This document shows, in pieces, positions 48,301 through 61,462 of a DNA stretch of 64,000 nt. The notes beneath the pieces were generated by a model. The model saw only the letters and a program-made list of their open reading frames with translations. It was not told the origin of the DNA and ran no database searches. Position 1 is the first letter of the stretch; every line of letters starts with the position of its first letter. Made by a program: the position numbers and the translations under genes. The DNA comes from the human T2T-CHM13v2.0 reference genome, Homo sapiens: assembly GCF_009914755.1 (NCBI RefSeq), contig NC_060947.1. One strand, written 5' to 3'.

Positions 48301-51300
48301 CTATCAATAGGATTGTTCAACTCCATGAGTTGAATGCCATCCTCACAAAGTAGTTTCTGAGAATGCTTCTATCTGGTTTTTGTGTGAAGATATTTCCTTT
48401 TCCACCACAGGCCTCAAAGCCCTCCAAACGTCCACTTGCAGATTCTCGAAAAAGAGTGTTTCATAGCTGCTCTTTCAAAAGGAAAGTTCAACTCTGGGAG
48501 TTGAATACAAACATCACAAAATAGTTTCCGAGAATGCTTCTATTTAGTTTTTATGTGAAGATGATCCCGTTTCCAGTGAAATCTTCAAAGAGGTCCACAT
48601 ATCCCCTTGCAGATTCCAAAGAAAGAGGGTTTCAAAACTGCTCCATCAAAAGGATTGTTCAACTCTGTGAGTTGAATGCAGTCATCGCAGAAAACTTTCT
48701 GAGAATGCTTCTGTCTAGGTTTGATGTGAAGATATAGACGTTTCAAACGAAGGCTACAAAGTGGTCAAAATATACACTTGCAGATTCTACTACAAGGGTG
48801 TTGCAAACCTGAACTATCAAAGGAAGGTTCAACTCTGTGAGTTGAATACAAACATCACAAAGAATGTTCTGAGTTGGCTTCCGTTCAGTTATGGGCAGTT
48901 GATCCCGTTTCCAGCGAAATCCTCAGAGAGGTCCATATATCCCCTTGCAGATTCTACAAAACGTGTGTTTGGAAACTGTTCCATCATAACGAATGTTCAG
49001 CTCCCTGAGTTAAACTCCATCGTCACAAAGAATTTTCTGAGAGTGCTACCGTCTGGTTTTTATATGAAGTTCTTTCCTTTACTACCATAGGCCTCAAAGC
49101 GGTCCAAATCTCCACTTGCAGATTCTACAAAAAGAGTGTTTGCAAACTGCTCTATCAAAAGGAATGTTCAACTCTGGGAGTTGAATGCAATCATCACAGA
49201 GCAGTTTCTGAGAATGCTTCTATGTCGTTTTTAGGAGAAGATATTTCCTTTTCCAACACAGTCCTCCAAGCCCGCTAAATAGCCACTTGCACATTGTAGA
49301 AAAAGTGTGTCAAAGCTGCGCTATCAAAGGGAAAGTTCAACTCTGAGAGGTGAATGCAAACATCCCAAAGAAGTTTCTGAGAGTGCTTCCGTTTAGCTTT
49401 TAGGTGAAGATTATCCCGTTTCCAACGAAACCTTCAAAGAGGTCCAAATATCCCCTTGCGGATCCCACAGAAAGAGTGTTTCGAAACTGCTGTTTCAAAA
49501 GGAATCTTCAACTCTGTGAGTTGAATGCAATCATCACAAAGAAGTTTCTGACAATGCTTCTCTCTCGTCTTTCTGTGAAGATAAAGGAAAAGGCTTTCAG
49601 GCCTTTTCCACCACAGGCCTGAAAGCGCTCCAAATGTCCACTTGCAGATTCTGCGAAAAGAATATTTCAAAACTGCTCTATGAAAAGCAATGTTAAACTC
49701 TGTGGCTCGAACACAAACATCACAAAGCAGTTTCTGAGAATGCTTCAGTTTAGTTTTTCTGTGGAAATATTCCCGTTTCCAAAGAAATCTTCAAAGAGGT
49801 CCACGTATCCACTTACAGATTCTACAAAAAGACAGTTTCAAAACTGCTCCATCAAAAGGAGGGTTCAACTGTGTGACTTGAATGCAATCATCACTCAGAA
49901 GTTTCTGAGAATGCTTCTCTTTAGTTTTTACGTGAACATATACCCGTTTCGAACGAACGCCACCCAGTGGTCCAAATATCCACTTGCAGATTCTACAGAA
50001 AGAGTGTTTCGAACCTGAACTCTCAAAGGCAGGTTCATCTCTGCGAGTTAAATGCATTCATCATGAAGAACTTTCTCAGAGTGTTTGTGTTTAGTTATGG
50101 GAAATTATTCCCGTTTCCAACGAAATCCTCAGAGTGGTCCAAATATCCACCTGCAGATTCTACCAAAAGTGTATTTGGAAACTGCTCCATCAAAAGGCAT
50201 GTTCAGCTCTGTGAGTGAAACTCCATCATCACAAAGAATATTCTGAGAATGCTTCCGTTTGCCTTTTATATGAAGTTCCTTCCTGTACTACCGTAGGCCT
50301 CAAAGCAGTCCAAATCTCCATTTGCAGATTCTACAAAAAGAGTGATTCCAATCTGCTCTATCAATAGGATTGTTCAACTCCATGAGTTGAATGCCATCCT
50401 CACAAAGTCGTTTCTGAGAATGCTTCTATCTGGTTTTTGTGTGAAGATATTTCCTTTTCCACCACAGGCCTCAAAGCCCTCCAAACGTCCACTTGCAGAT
50501 TCTCGAAAAAGAGTGTTTCATAGCTGCTCTTTCAAAAGGAAAGTTCAACTCTGGGAGTTGAATACAAACATCACAAAATAGTTTCCGAGAATGCTTCTGT
50601 TTAGTTTTTATGTGAAGATGATCCCGTTTCCAGTGAAATCTTCAAAGAGGTCCACATATCCCCTTGCAGATTCCAAAGAAAGAGGGTTTCAAAACTGCTC
50701 CATCAAAAGGATTGTTCAACTCTGTGAGTTGAATGCAGTCATCGCAGAAAACTTTCTGAGAATGCTTCTGTCTAGGTTTGATGTGAAGATATAGACGTTT
50801 CAAACGAAGGCTACAAAGTGGTCAAAATATACACTTGCAGATTCTACTACAAGGGTGTTGCAAACCTGAACTATCAAAGGAAGGTTCAACTCTGTGAGTT
50901 GAATACAAACATCACAAAGAATGTTCTGAGTTTGCTTTCGTTCAGTTATGGGAAGTTGATCCCGTTTCCAGCGAAATCCTCAGAGAGGTCCATATATCCC
51001 CTTGCAGATTCTACAAAACGGGTGTTTGGAAACTGCTCCATCATAACGAATGTTCAGCTCCCTGAGTTAAACTCCATCGTCACAAAGAATTTTCTGAGAG
51101 TGCTACCGTCTGGTTTTTATATGAAGCTCTTTCCTTTACTACCCCAGTCCTCAAAGCGGTCCAAATCTCCACTTGCAGATTCTACAAAAAGAGTGTTTGC
51201 AAACTGCTCTATCAAAAGGAATGTTCAACTCTGGGAGTTGAATGCAATCATCACAGAGCAGTTTCTGAGAATGCTTCTATGTCGTTTTTAGGAGAAGATA

Positions 51301-54300
51301 TTTCCTTTTCCAACACAGTCCTCCAAGCCCGCTAAATAGCCACTTGCACATTGTAGAAAAAGTGTGTCAAAGCTGCGCTATCAAAGGGAAAGTTCAACTC
51401 TGAGAGGTGAATGCAAACATCCCAAAGAAGTTTCTGAGAGTGCTTCCGTTTAGCTTTTAGGTGAAGATTATCCCGTTTCCAACGAAACCTTCAAAGAGGT
51501 CCAAATATCCCCTTGCGGATCCCACAGAAAGAGTGTTTCGAAACTGCTGTTTCAAAAGGAATCTTCAACTCTGTGAGTTGAATGCAATCATCACAAAGAA
51601 GTTTCTGACAATGCTTCTCTCTCGTCTTCCTGTGAAGATAAAGGAAAAGGCTTTCAGGCCTTTTCCACCACAGGCCTGAAAGCGCTCCAAATGTCCACTT
51701 GCAGATTCTGCCAAAAGAATATTTCAAAACTGCTCTATGAAAAGCAATGTTAAACTCTGTGGCTCGAACACAAACATCACAAAGCAGTTTCTGAGAATGC
51801 TTCAGTTTAGTTTTTCTGTGGAAATATTCCCGTTTCGAAAGAAATCTTCAAAGAGGTCCACGTATCCACTTACAGATTCTACAAAAAGACAGTTTCAAAA
51901 CTGCTCCATCAAAAGGAGGGTTCAACTGTGTGACTTGAATGCAATCATCACTCAGAAGTTTCTGAGAATGCTTCTCTTTAGTTTTTACGTGAACATATAC
52001 CCGTTTCGAACGAAGGCCACCCAGTGGTCCAAATATCCACTTGCAGATTCTACAGAAAGAGTGTTTCGAACCTGAACTCTCAAAGGCAGGTTCATCTCTG
52101 CGAGTTAAATGCATTCATCATGAAGAACTTTCTCAGAGTGTTTGTGTTTAGTTATGGGAAATTATTCCCGTTTCCAACGAAATCCTCAGGGAGCTCCAAA
52201 TATCCACCTGCAGATTCTACCAAAAGTGTATTTGGAAACTGCTCCATCAAAAGGCATGTTCAGCTCTGTGAGTGAAACTCCATCATCACAAAGAATATTC
52301 TGAGAATGCTTCCGTTTGCCTTTTATATGAACTTCATTCCTGTACTACCGTAGGCCTCAAAGCAGTCCAAATCTCCATTTGCAGATTCCACAAAAAGAGT
52401 GATTCCAATCTGCTCTATCAATAGGATTGTTCAACTCCATGAGTTGAATGCCATCCTCACAAAGTAGTTTCTGAGAATGCTTCTATCTGGTTTTTGTGTG
52501 AAGATATTTCCTTTTCCACCACAGGCCTCAAAGCCCTCCAAACGTCCACTTGCAGATTCTCGAAAAAGAGTGTTTCATAGCTGCTCTTTCAAAAGGAAAG
52601 TTCAACTCTGGGAGTTGAATACAAACAACACAAAATAGTTTCCGAGAATGCTTCTGTTTAGTTTTTATGTGAAGATGATCCCGTTTCCAGTGAAATCTTC
52701 AAAGAGGTCCACATATCCCCTTGCAGATTCCAAAGAAAGAGGGTTTCAAAACTGCTCCATCAAAAGGATTGTTCAACTCTGTGAGTTGAATGCAGTCATC
52801 GCAGAAAACTTTCTGAGAATGCTTCTGTCTAGGTTTGATGTGAAGATATAGACGTTTCAAACGAAAGCTACAAAGTGGTCAAAATATACACTTGCAGATT
52901 CTACTACAAGGGTGTTGCAAACCTGAACTATCAAAGGAAGGTTCAACTCTGTGAGTTGAATACAAACATCACAAAGAATGTTCTGAGTTTGCTTCCGTTC
53001 AGTTATGGGAAGTTGATCCCGTTTCCAACGAAATCCTCAGAGAGGTCCAAATATCCCCTCGCAGATTCTACAAAACGTGTGTTTGGAAACTGCTCCATCA
53101 TAACGAATGTTCAGCTCCCTGAGTTAAACTCCATCGTCACAAAGAATTTTCTGATAGTGCTACCGTCTGGTTTTTATATGAAGTTCTTTCCTTCACTACC
53201 ACAGGCCTCAAAGCGGTCCAAATCTCCACTTGCAGATTCTACAAAAAGAGTGTTTGCAAACTGCTCTATCAAAAGGAATGTTCAACTCTGGGAGTTGAAT
53301 GCAATCATCACAGAGCAGTTTCTGAGAATGCTTCTATGTCGTTTTTAGGAGAAGATATTTCCTTTTCCAACACAGTCCTCCAAGCCCGCTAAATAGCCAC
53401 TTGCACATTGTAGAAAAAGTGTGTCGAAGCTGCGCTATCAAAGGGAAAGTTCAACTCTGTGAGGTGAATGCAAACATCCCAAAGAAGTTTCTGAGAATGC
53501 TTCCGTTTAGCTTTTAGGTGAAGATTATCCCGTTTCCAACGAAACCTTCAAAGAGGTCCAAATATCCCCTTGCGGATCCCACAGAAAGAGTGTTTCGAAA
53601 CTGCTGTTTCAAAAGGAATCTTCAACTCTGTGAGTTGAATGCAATCATCACAAAGAAGTTTCTGACAATGCTTCTCTCTCGTCTTTCTGTGAAGATAAAG
53701 GAAAAGGCTTTCAGGCCTTTGCCACCACAGGCCTGAAAGCGCTCCAAATGTCCACTTGCAGATTCTGCCAAAAGAATATTTCAAAACTGCTCTATGAAAA
53801 GCAATGTTAAACTCTGTGGCTCGAACACAAACATCACAAAGCGGTTTCTGAGAATGCTTCAGTTTAGTTTTTCTGTGGAAATATTCCCGTTTCCAAAGAA
53901 ATCTTCAAAGAGGTCCACGTATCCACTTACAGATTCTACAAAAAGACAGTTTCAAAACTGCTCCATCAAAAGGAGGGTTCAACTGTGTGACTTGAATGCA
54001 ATCATCACTCAGAAGTTTCTGAGAATGCTTCTCTTTAGTTTTTACGTGAACATATACCCGTTTCGAACGAAGGCCAGCCAGTGGTCCAAATATCCACTTG
54101 CAGATTCTACAGAAAGAGTGTTTCGAACCTGAACTCTCAAAGGCAGGTTCATCTCTGCGAGTTAAATGCATTCATCATGAAGAACTTTCTCAGCGTGTTT
54201 GTGTTTAGTTATGGGAAATTATTCCAGTTTCCAACGAAATCCTCAGAGAGCTCCAAATATCCACCTGCAGATTCTACCAAAAGTGTATTTGGAAACTGCT

Positions 54301-57300
54301 CCATCAAAAGGCATGTTCAGCTCTGTGAGTGAAACTCCATCATCACAAAGAATATTCTGAGAATGCTTCCGTTTGCCTTTTATATGAAGTTCCTTCCTAT
54401 ACGACCGTAGGCCTCAAAGCAGTCCAAATCTCCATTTGCAGATTCTACAAAAAGAGTGATTCCAATCTGCTCTATCAATAGGATTGTTCAACTCCATGAG
54501 TTGAATGCCATCCTCACAAAGTCGTTTCTGAGAATGCTTCTATCTAGTTTTTATGTGAAGATATTTCCTTTTCCACCACAGGCCTCAAAGCCCTCCAAAC
54601 GTCCACTTGCAGATTCTCGAAAAAGAGTGTTTCATAGCTGCTCTTTCAAAAGGAAATTTCAACTCTGGGAGTTGAATACAAACATCACAAAGTAGTTTCC
54701 GAGAATGCTTCTGTTTAGTTTTTATGTGAAGATGATCCCGTTTCCAGTGAAATCTTCAAAGAGGTCCACATATCCCCTTGCAGATTCCAAAGAAAGAGGG
54801 TTTCAAAACTGCTCCATCAGAAGGATTGTTCAACTCTGTGAGTTGAATGCAGTCATCGCAGAAAACTTTCTGAGAATGCTTCTGTCTAGGTTTGATGTGA
54901 AGATATAGACGTTTCAAACGAAGGCTACAAAGTGGTCAAAATATACACTTGCAGATTCTACTACAAGGGTGTTGCAAACCTGAACTATCAAAGGAAGGTT
55001 CAACTCTGTGAGTTGAATACAAACATCACAAAGAATGTTCTGAGTTTGCTTCCGTTCAGTTATGGGAAGTTGATCCCGTTTCCAACGAAATCCTCAGAGA
55101 GGTCCAAATATCCCCTCGCAGATTCTACAAAACGTGTGTTTGGAAACTGCTCCATCATAACGAATGTTCAGCTCCCTGAGTTAAACTCCATCGTCACAAA
55201 GAATTTTCTGAGAGTGCTACCGTCTGGTTTTTATATGAAGTTCTTTCCTTCACTACCACAGGCCTCAAAGCGGTCCAAATCTCCACTTGCAGATTCTACA
55301 AAAAGAGTGTTTGCAAACTGCTCTATCAAAAGGAATGTTCAACTCTGGGAGTTGAATGCAATCATCACAGAGCAGTTTCTGAGAATGCTTCTATGTCGTT
55401 TTTAGGAGAAGATATTTCCTTTTCCAACACAGTCCTCCAAGCCCGCTAAATAGCCACTTGCACATTGTAGAAAAAGTGTGTCGAAGCTGCGCTATCAAAG
55501 GGAAAGTTCAACTCTGTGAGGTGAATGCAAACATCCCAAAGAAGTTTCTGAGAATGCTTCCGTTTAGCTTTTAGGTGAAGATTATCCCGTTTCCAACGAA
55601 ACCTTCAAAGAGGTCCAAATATCCCCTTGCGGATCCCACAGAAAGAGTGTTTCGAAACTGCTGTTTCAAAAGGAATCTTCAACTCTGTGAGTTGAATGCA
55701 ATCATCACAAAGAAGTTTCTGACAATGCTTCTCTCTCGTCTTTCTGTGAAGATAAAGGAAAAGGCTTTCAGGCCTTTGCCACCACAGGCCTGAAAGCGCT
55801 CCAAATGTCCACTTGCAGATTCTGCCAAAAGAATATTTCAAAACTGCTCTATGAAAAGCAATGTTAAACTCTGTGGCTCGAACACAAACATCACAAAGCG
55901 GTTTCTGAGAATGCTTCAGTTTAGTTTTTCTGTGGAAATATTCCCGTTTCCAAAGAAATCTTCAAAGAGGTCCACGTATCCACTTACAGATTCTACAAAA
56001 AGACAGTTTCAAAACTGCTCCATCAAAAGGAGGGTTCAACTGTGTGACTTGAATGCAATCATCACTCAGAAGTTTCTGAGAATGCTTCTCTTTAGTTTTT
56101 ACGTGAACATATACCCGTTTCGAACGAAGGCCAGCCAGTGGTCCAAATATCCACTTGCAGATTCTACAGAAAGAGTGTTTCGAACCTGAACTCTCAAAGG
56201 CAGGTTCATCTCTGCGAGTTAAATGCATTCATCATGAAGAACTTTCTCAGCGTGTTTGTGTTTAGTTATGGGAAATTATTCCAGGTTCCAACGAAATCCT
56301 CAGAGAGCTCCAAATATCCACCTGCAGATTCTACCAAAAGTGTATTTGGAAACTGCTCCATCAAAAGGCATGTTCAGCTCTGTGAGTGAAACTCCATCAT
56401 CACAAAGAATATTCTGAGAATGCTTCCGTTTGCCTTTTATATGAAGTTCCTTCCTATACGACCGTAGGCCTCAAAGCAGTCCAAATCTCCATTTTCAGAT
56501 TCTACAAAAAGAGTGATTCCAATCTGCTCTATCAATAGGATTGTTCAACTCCATGAGTTGAATGCCATCCTCACAAAGTCGTTTCTGAGAATGCTTCTAT
56601 CTAGTTTTTATGTGAAGATATTTCCTTTTCCACCACAGGCCTCAAAGCCCTCCAAACGTCCACTTGCAGATTCTCGAAAAAGAGTGTTTCATAGCTGCTC
56701 TTTCAAAAGGAAAGTTCAACTCTGGGAGTTGAATACAAACATCACAAAGTAGTTTCCGAGAATGCTTCTGTTTAGTTTTTATGTGAAGATGATCCCGTTT
56801 CCAGTGAAATCTTCAAAGAGGTCCACATATCCCCTTGCAGATTCCAAAGAAAGAGGGTTTCAAAACTGCTCCATCAGAAGGATTGTTCAACTCTGTGAGT
56901 TGAATGCAGTCATCGCAGAAAACTTTCTGAGAATGCTTCTGTCTAGGTTTGATGTGAAGATATAGACGTTTCAAACGAAGGCTACAAAGTGGTCAAAATA
57001 TACACTTGCAGATTCTACTACAAGGGTGTTGCAAACCTGAACTATCAAAGGAAGGTTCAACTCTGTGAGTTGAATACAAACATCACAAAGAATGTTCTGA
57101 GTTTGCTTCCGTTCAGTTATGGGAAGTTGATCCCGTTTCCAACGAAATCCTCAGAGAGGTCCAAATATCCCCTTGCAGATTCTACAAAACGTGTGTTTGG
57201 AAACTGCTCCATCATAACGAATGTTCAGCTCCCTGAGTTAAACTCCATCGTCACAAAGAATTTTCTGAGAGTGCTACCGTCTGGTTTTTATATGAAGTTC

Positions 57301-59746
57301 TTTCCTTCACTACCACAGGCCTCAAAGTGGTCCAAATCTCCACTTGCAGATTCTACAAAAAGAGTGTTTGCAAACTGCTCTATCAAAAGGAATGTTCAAC
57401 TCTGGGAGTTGAATGCAATCATCACAGAGCAGTTTCTGAGAATGCTTCTATGTCGTTTTTAGGAGAAGATATTTCCTTTTCCAACACAGTCCTCCAAGCC
57501 CGCTAAATAGCCACTTGCACATTGTAGAAAAAGTGTGTCAAAGCTGCGCTATCAAAGGGAAAGTTCAACTCTGTCAGGTGAATGCAAACATCCCAAAGAA
57601 GTTTCTGAGAACGCTTCCGTTTAGCTTTTAGGTGAAGATTATCCCGTTTCCAACGAAACCTTCAAAGAGGTCCAAATATCCCCTTGCGGATCCCACAGAA
57701 AGAGTGTTTCGAAACTGCTGTTTCAAAAGGAATCTTCAACTCTGTGAGTTGAATGCAATCATCACAAAGAAGTTTCTGACAATGCTTCTCTCTCGTCTTT
57801 CTGTGAAGATAAAGGAAAAGGCTTTCAGGCCTTTGCCACCACAGGCCTGAAAGCGCTCCAAATGTCCACTTGCAGATTCTGCGAAAAGAATATTTCAAAA
57901 CTGCTCTATGAAAAGCAATGTTAAACTCTGTGGCTCGAACACAAACATCACAAAGCAGTTTCTGAGAATGCTTCAGTTTAGTTTTTCTGTGGAAATATTC
58001 CCGTTTCCAAAGAAATCTTCAAAGAGGTCCACGTATCCACTTACAGACTCTACAAAAAGACAGTTTCAAAACTGCTCCATCAAAAGGAGGGTTCAACTGT
58101 GTGACTTGAATGCAATCATCACTCAGAAGTTTCTGAGAATGCTTCTCTTTAGTTTTTACGTGAACATATACCCGTTTCGAACGAAGGCCACCCAGTGGTC
58201 CAAATATCCACTTGCAGATTCTACAGAAAGAGTGTTTCGAACCTGAACTCTCAAAGGCAGGTTCATCTCTGCGAGTTAAATGCATTCATCATGAAGAACT
58301 TTCTCAGAGTGTTTGTGTTTAGTTATGGGAAATTATTCCCGTTTCCAACGAAATCCTCAGAGAGCTCCAAATATCCACCTGCAGATTCTACCAAAAGTGG
58401 ATTTGGAAACTGCTCCATCAAAAGGCATGTTCAGCTCTGTGAGTGAAACTCCATCATCACAAAGAATATTCTGAGAATGCTTCCGTTTGCCTTTTATATG
58501 AAGTTCCTTCCTGTACTACCGTAGGCCTCAAAGCAGTCCAAATCTCCATTTGCAGATTCTACAAAAAGAGTGATTCCAATCTGCTCTATCAATAGGATTG
58601 TTCAACTCCATGAGTTGAATGCCATCCTCACAAAGTAGTTTCTGAGAATGCTTCTATCTGGTTTTTGTGTGAAGATATTTCCTTTTCCACCACAGGCCTC
58701 AAAGCCCTCCAAACGTCCACTTGCAGATTCTCGAAAAAGAGTGTTTCATAGCTGCTCTTTCAAAAGGAAAGTTCAACTCTGGGAGTTGAATACAAACATC
58801 ACAAAATAGTTTCCGAGAATGCTTCTGTTTAGTTTTTATGTGAAGATGATCCCGTTTCCAGTGAAATCTTCAAAGAGGTCCACATATCCCCTTGCAGATT
58901 CCAAAGAAAGAGGGTTTCAAAACTGCTCCATCAAAAGGATTGTTCAACTCTGTGAGTTGAATGCAGTCATCGCAGAAAACTTTCTGAGAATGCTTCTGTC
59001 TAGGTTTGATGTGAAGATATAGACGTTTCAAACGAAGGCTACAAAGTGGTCAAAATATACACTTGCAGATTCTACTACAAGGGTGTTGCAAACCTGAACT
59101 ATCAAAGGAAGGTTCAACTCTGTGAGTTGAATACAAACATCACAAAGAATGTTCTGAGTTTGCTTCCGTTCAGTTATGGGCAGTTGATCCCGTTTCCAGC
59201 GAAATCCTCAGAGAGGTCCAAATATCCCCTTGCAGATTCTACAAAACGTGTGTTTGGAAACTGCTCCATCATAACGAATGTTCAGCTCCCTGAGTTAAAC
59301 TCCATCGTCACAAAGAATTTTCTGAGAGTGCTACCGTCTGGTTTTTATATGAAGTTCTTTCCTTTACTACCATAGGCCTCAAAGCGGTCCAAATCTCCAC
59401 TTGCAGATTCTACAAAAAGAGTGTTTGCAAACTGCTCTATCAAAAGGAATGTTCAACCCTGGGAGTTGAATGCAATCATCACAGAGCAGTTTCTGAGAAT
59501 GCTTCTATGTCGTTTTTAGGAGAAGATATTTCCTTTTCCAACACAGTCCTCCACGCCCGCTAAATATCCACTTGCACATTGTAGAAAAAAAGTGTGTCAA
59601 AGCTGCGCTATCAAAGGGAAAGTTCAACTCTGTGAGGTGAATGCAAACATCCCAAAGAAGTTTCTGAGAGTGCTTCCGTTTAGCTTTTAGGTGAAGATTA
59701 TCCCGTTTCCAACGAAAGCTTCAAAGAGGTCCAAATATCCCCTTGC

Positions 59747-61462
59747 GGATCCCACAGAAAGAGTGTTTCGAAACTGCTGTTTCAAAAGGAATCTTCAACT
59801 CTGTGAGTTGAATGCAATCATCACAAAGAAGTTTCTGACAATGCTTCTCTCTCGTCTTTCTGTGAAGATAAAGGAAAAGGCTTTCAGGCCTTTTCCACCA
59901 CAGGCCTGAAAGCGCTCCAAATGTCCACTTGCAGATTCTGCCAAAAGAATATTTCAAAACTGCTCTATGAAAAGCAATGTTAAACTCTGTGGCTCGAACA
60001 CAAACATCACAAAGCAGTTTCTGAGAATGCTTCAGTTTAGTTTTTCTGTGGAAATATTCCCGTTTCCAAAGAAATATTCAAAGAGGTCCACGTATCCACT
60101 TACAGATTCTACAAAAAGACAGTTTCAAAACTGCTCCATCAAAAGGAGGGTTCAACTGTGTGACTTGAATGTAATCATCACTCAGAAGTTTCTGAGAATG
60201 CTTCTCTTTAGTTTTTACGTGAACATATACCCGTTTCGAACGAAGGCCAGCCAGTGGTCCAAATATCCACTTGCAGATTCTACAGAAAGAGTGTTTCGAA
60301 CCTGAACTCTCAAAGGCAGGTTCATCTCTGCGAGTTAAATGCATTCATCATGAAGAACTTTCTCAGAGTGTTTGTGTTTAGTTATGGGAAATTATTCCCT
60401 TTTCCAACGAAATCCTCAGAGAGCTCCAAATATCCACCTGCAGATTCTACCAAAAGTGTATTTGGAAACTGCTCCATCAAAAGGCATGTTCAGCTCTGTC
60501 AGTGAAACTCCATCATCACAAAGAATATTCTGAGAATGCTTCCGTTTGCCTTTTATATGAAGTTCCTTCCTATACTACCGTAGGCCTCAAAGCAGTCCAA
60601 ATCTCCATTTGCAGATTCTACAAAAAGAGTGATTCCAATCTGCTCTATCAATAGGATTGTTCAACTCCATGAGTTGAATGCCATCCTCACAAAGTAGTTT
60701 CTGAGAATGCTTCTATCTAGTTTTTATGTGAAGATATTTCCTTTTCCACCACAGGCCTCAAAGCCCTCCAAACGTCCACTTGCAGATTCTCGAAAAAGAG
60801 TGTTTCATAGCTGCTCTTTCAAAAGGAAAGTTCAACTCTGGGAGTTGAATACAAACATCACAAAGAATGTTCTGAGTTTGCTTCCGTTCAGTTATGGGAA
60901 GTTGATCCCATTTCCAACGAAATCCTCAGAGAGGTCCAAATATCCCCTTGCAGATTCTACAAAACGTGTGTTTGGAAACTGCTCCATCATAACGAATGTT
61001 CAGCTCCCTGAGTTAAACTCCATCGTCACAAAGAATTTTCTGAGAGTGCTACCGTCTGGTTTTTATATGAAGTTCTTTCCTTCACTACCACAGGCCTCAA
61101 AGCGGTCCAAATCTCCACTTGCAGATTCTACAAAAAGAGTGTTTGCAAACTGCTCTATCAAAAGGAATGTTCAACTCTGGGAGTTGAATGCAATCATCAC
61201 AGAGCAGTTTCTGAGAATGCTTCTATGTCGTTTTTAGGAGAAGATATTTCCTTTTCCAACACAGTCCTCCAAGCCCGCTAAATAGCCACTTGCACATTGT
61301 AGAAAAAGTGTGTCAAAGCTGCGCTATCAAAGGGAAAGTTCAACTCTGAGAGGTGAATGCAAACATCCCAAAGAAGTTTCTGAGAATGCTTCCGTTTAGC
61401 TTTTAGGTGAAGATTATCCCGTTTCCAACGAAACCTTCAAAGAGGTCCAAATATCCCCTTGC
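59747..61462 (-). repeat. 10-mer HOR variant (1716 bp; -341 bp = 2 monomers)
   Basis: BamHI 59747 to 61463. The junction ...ctgggagttgaatacaaacatcacaaag|aatgttctgag at 60842-60866 skips two monomers. Confidence 0.93.

Noticed and set aside
60707-61237. Longest ORF (176 aa), a novel fusion
   Set aside because: It is a by-product of the 341-bp deletion joining two spurious frames.
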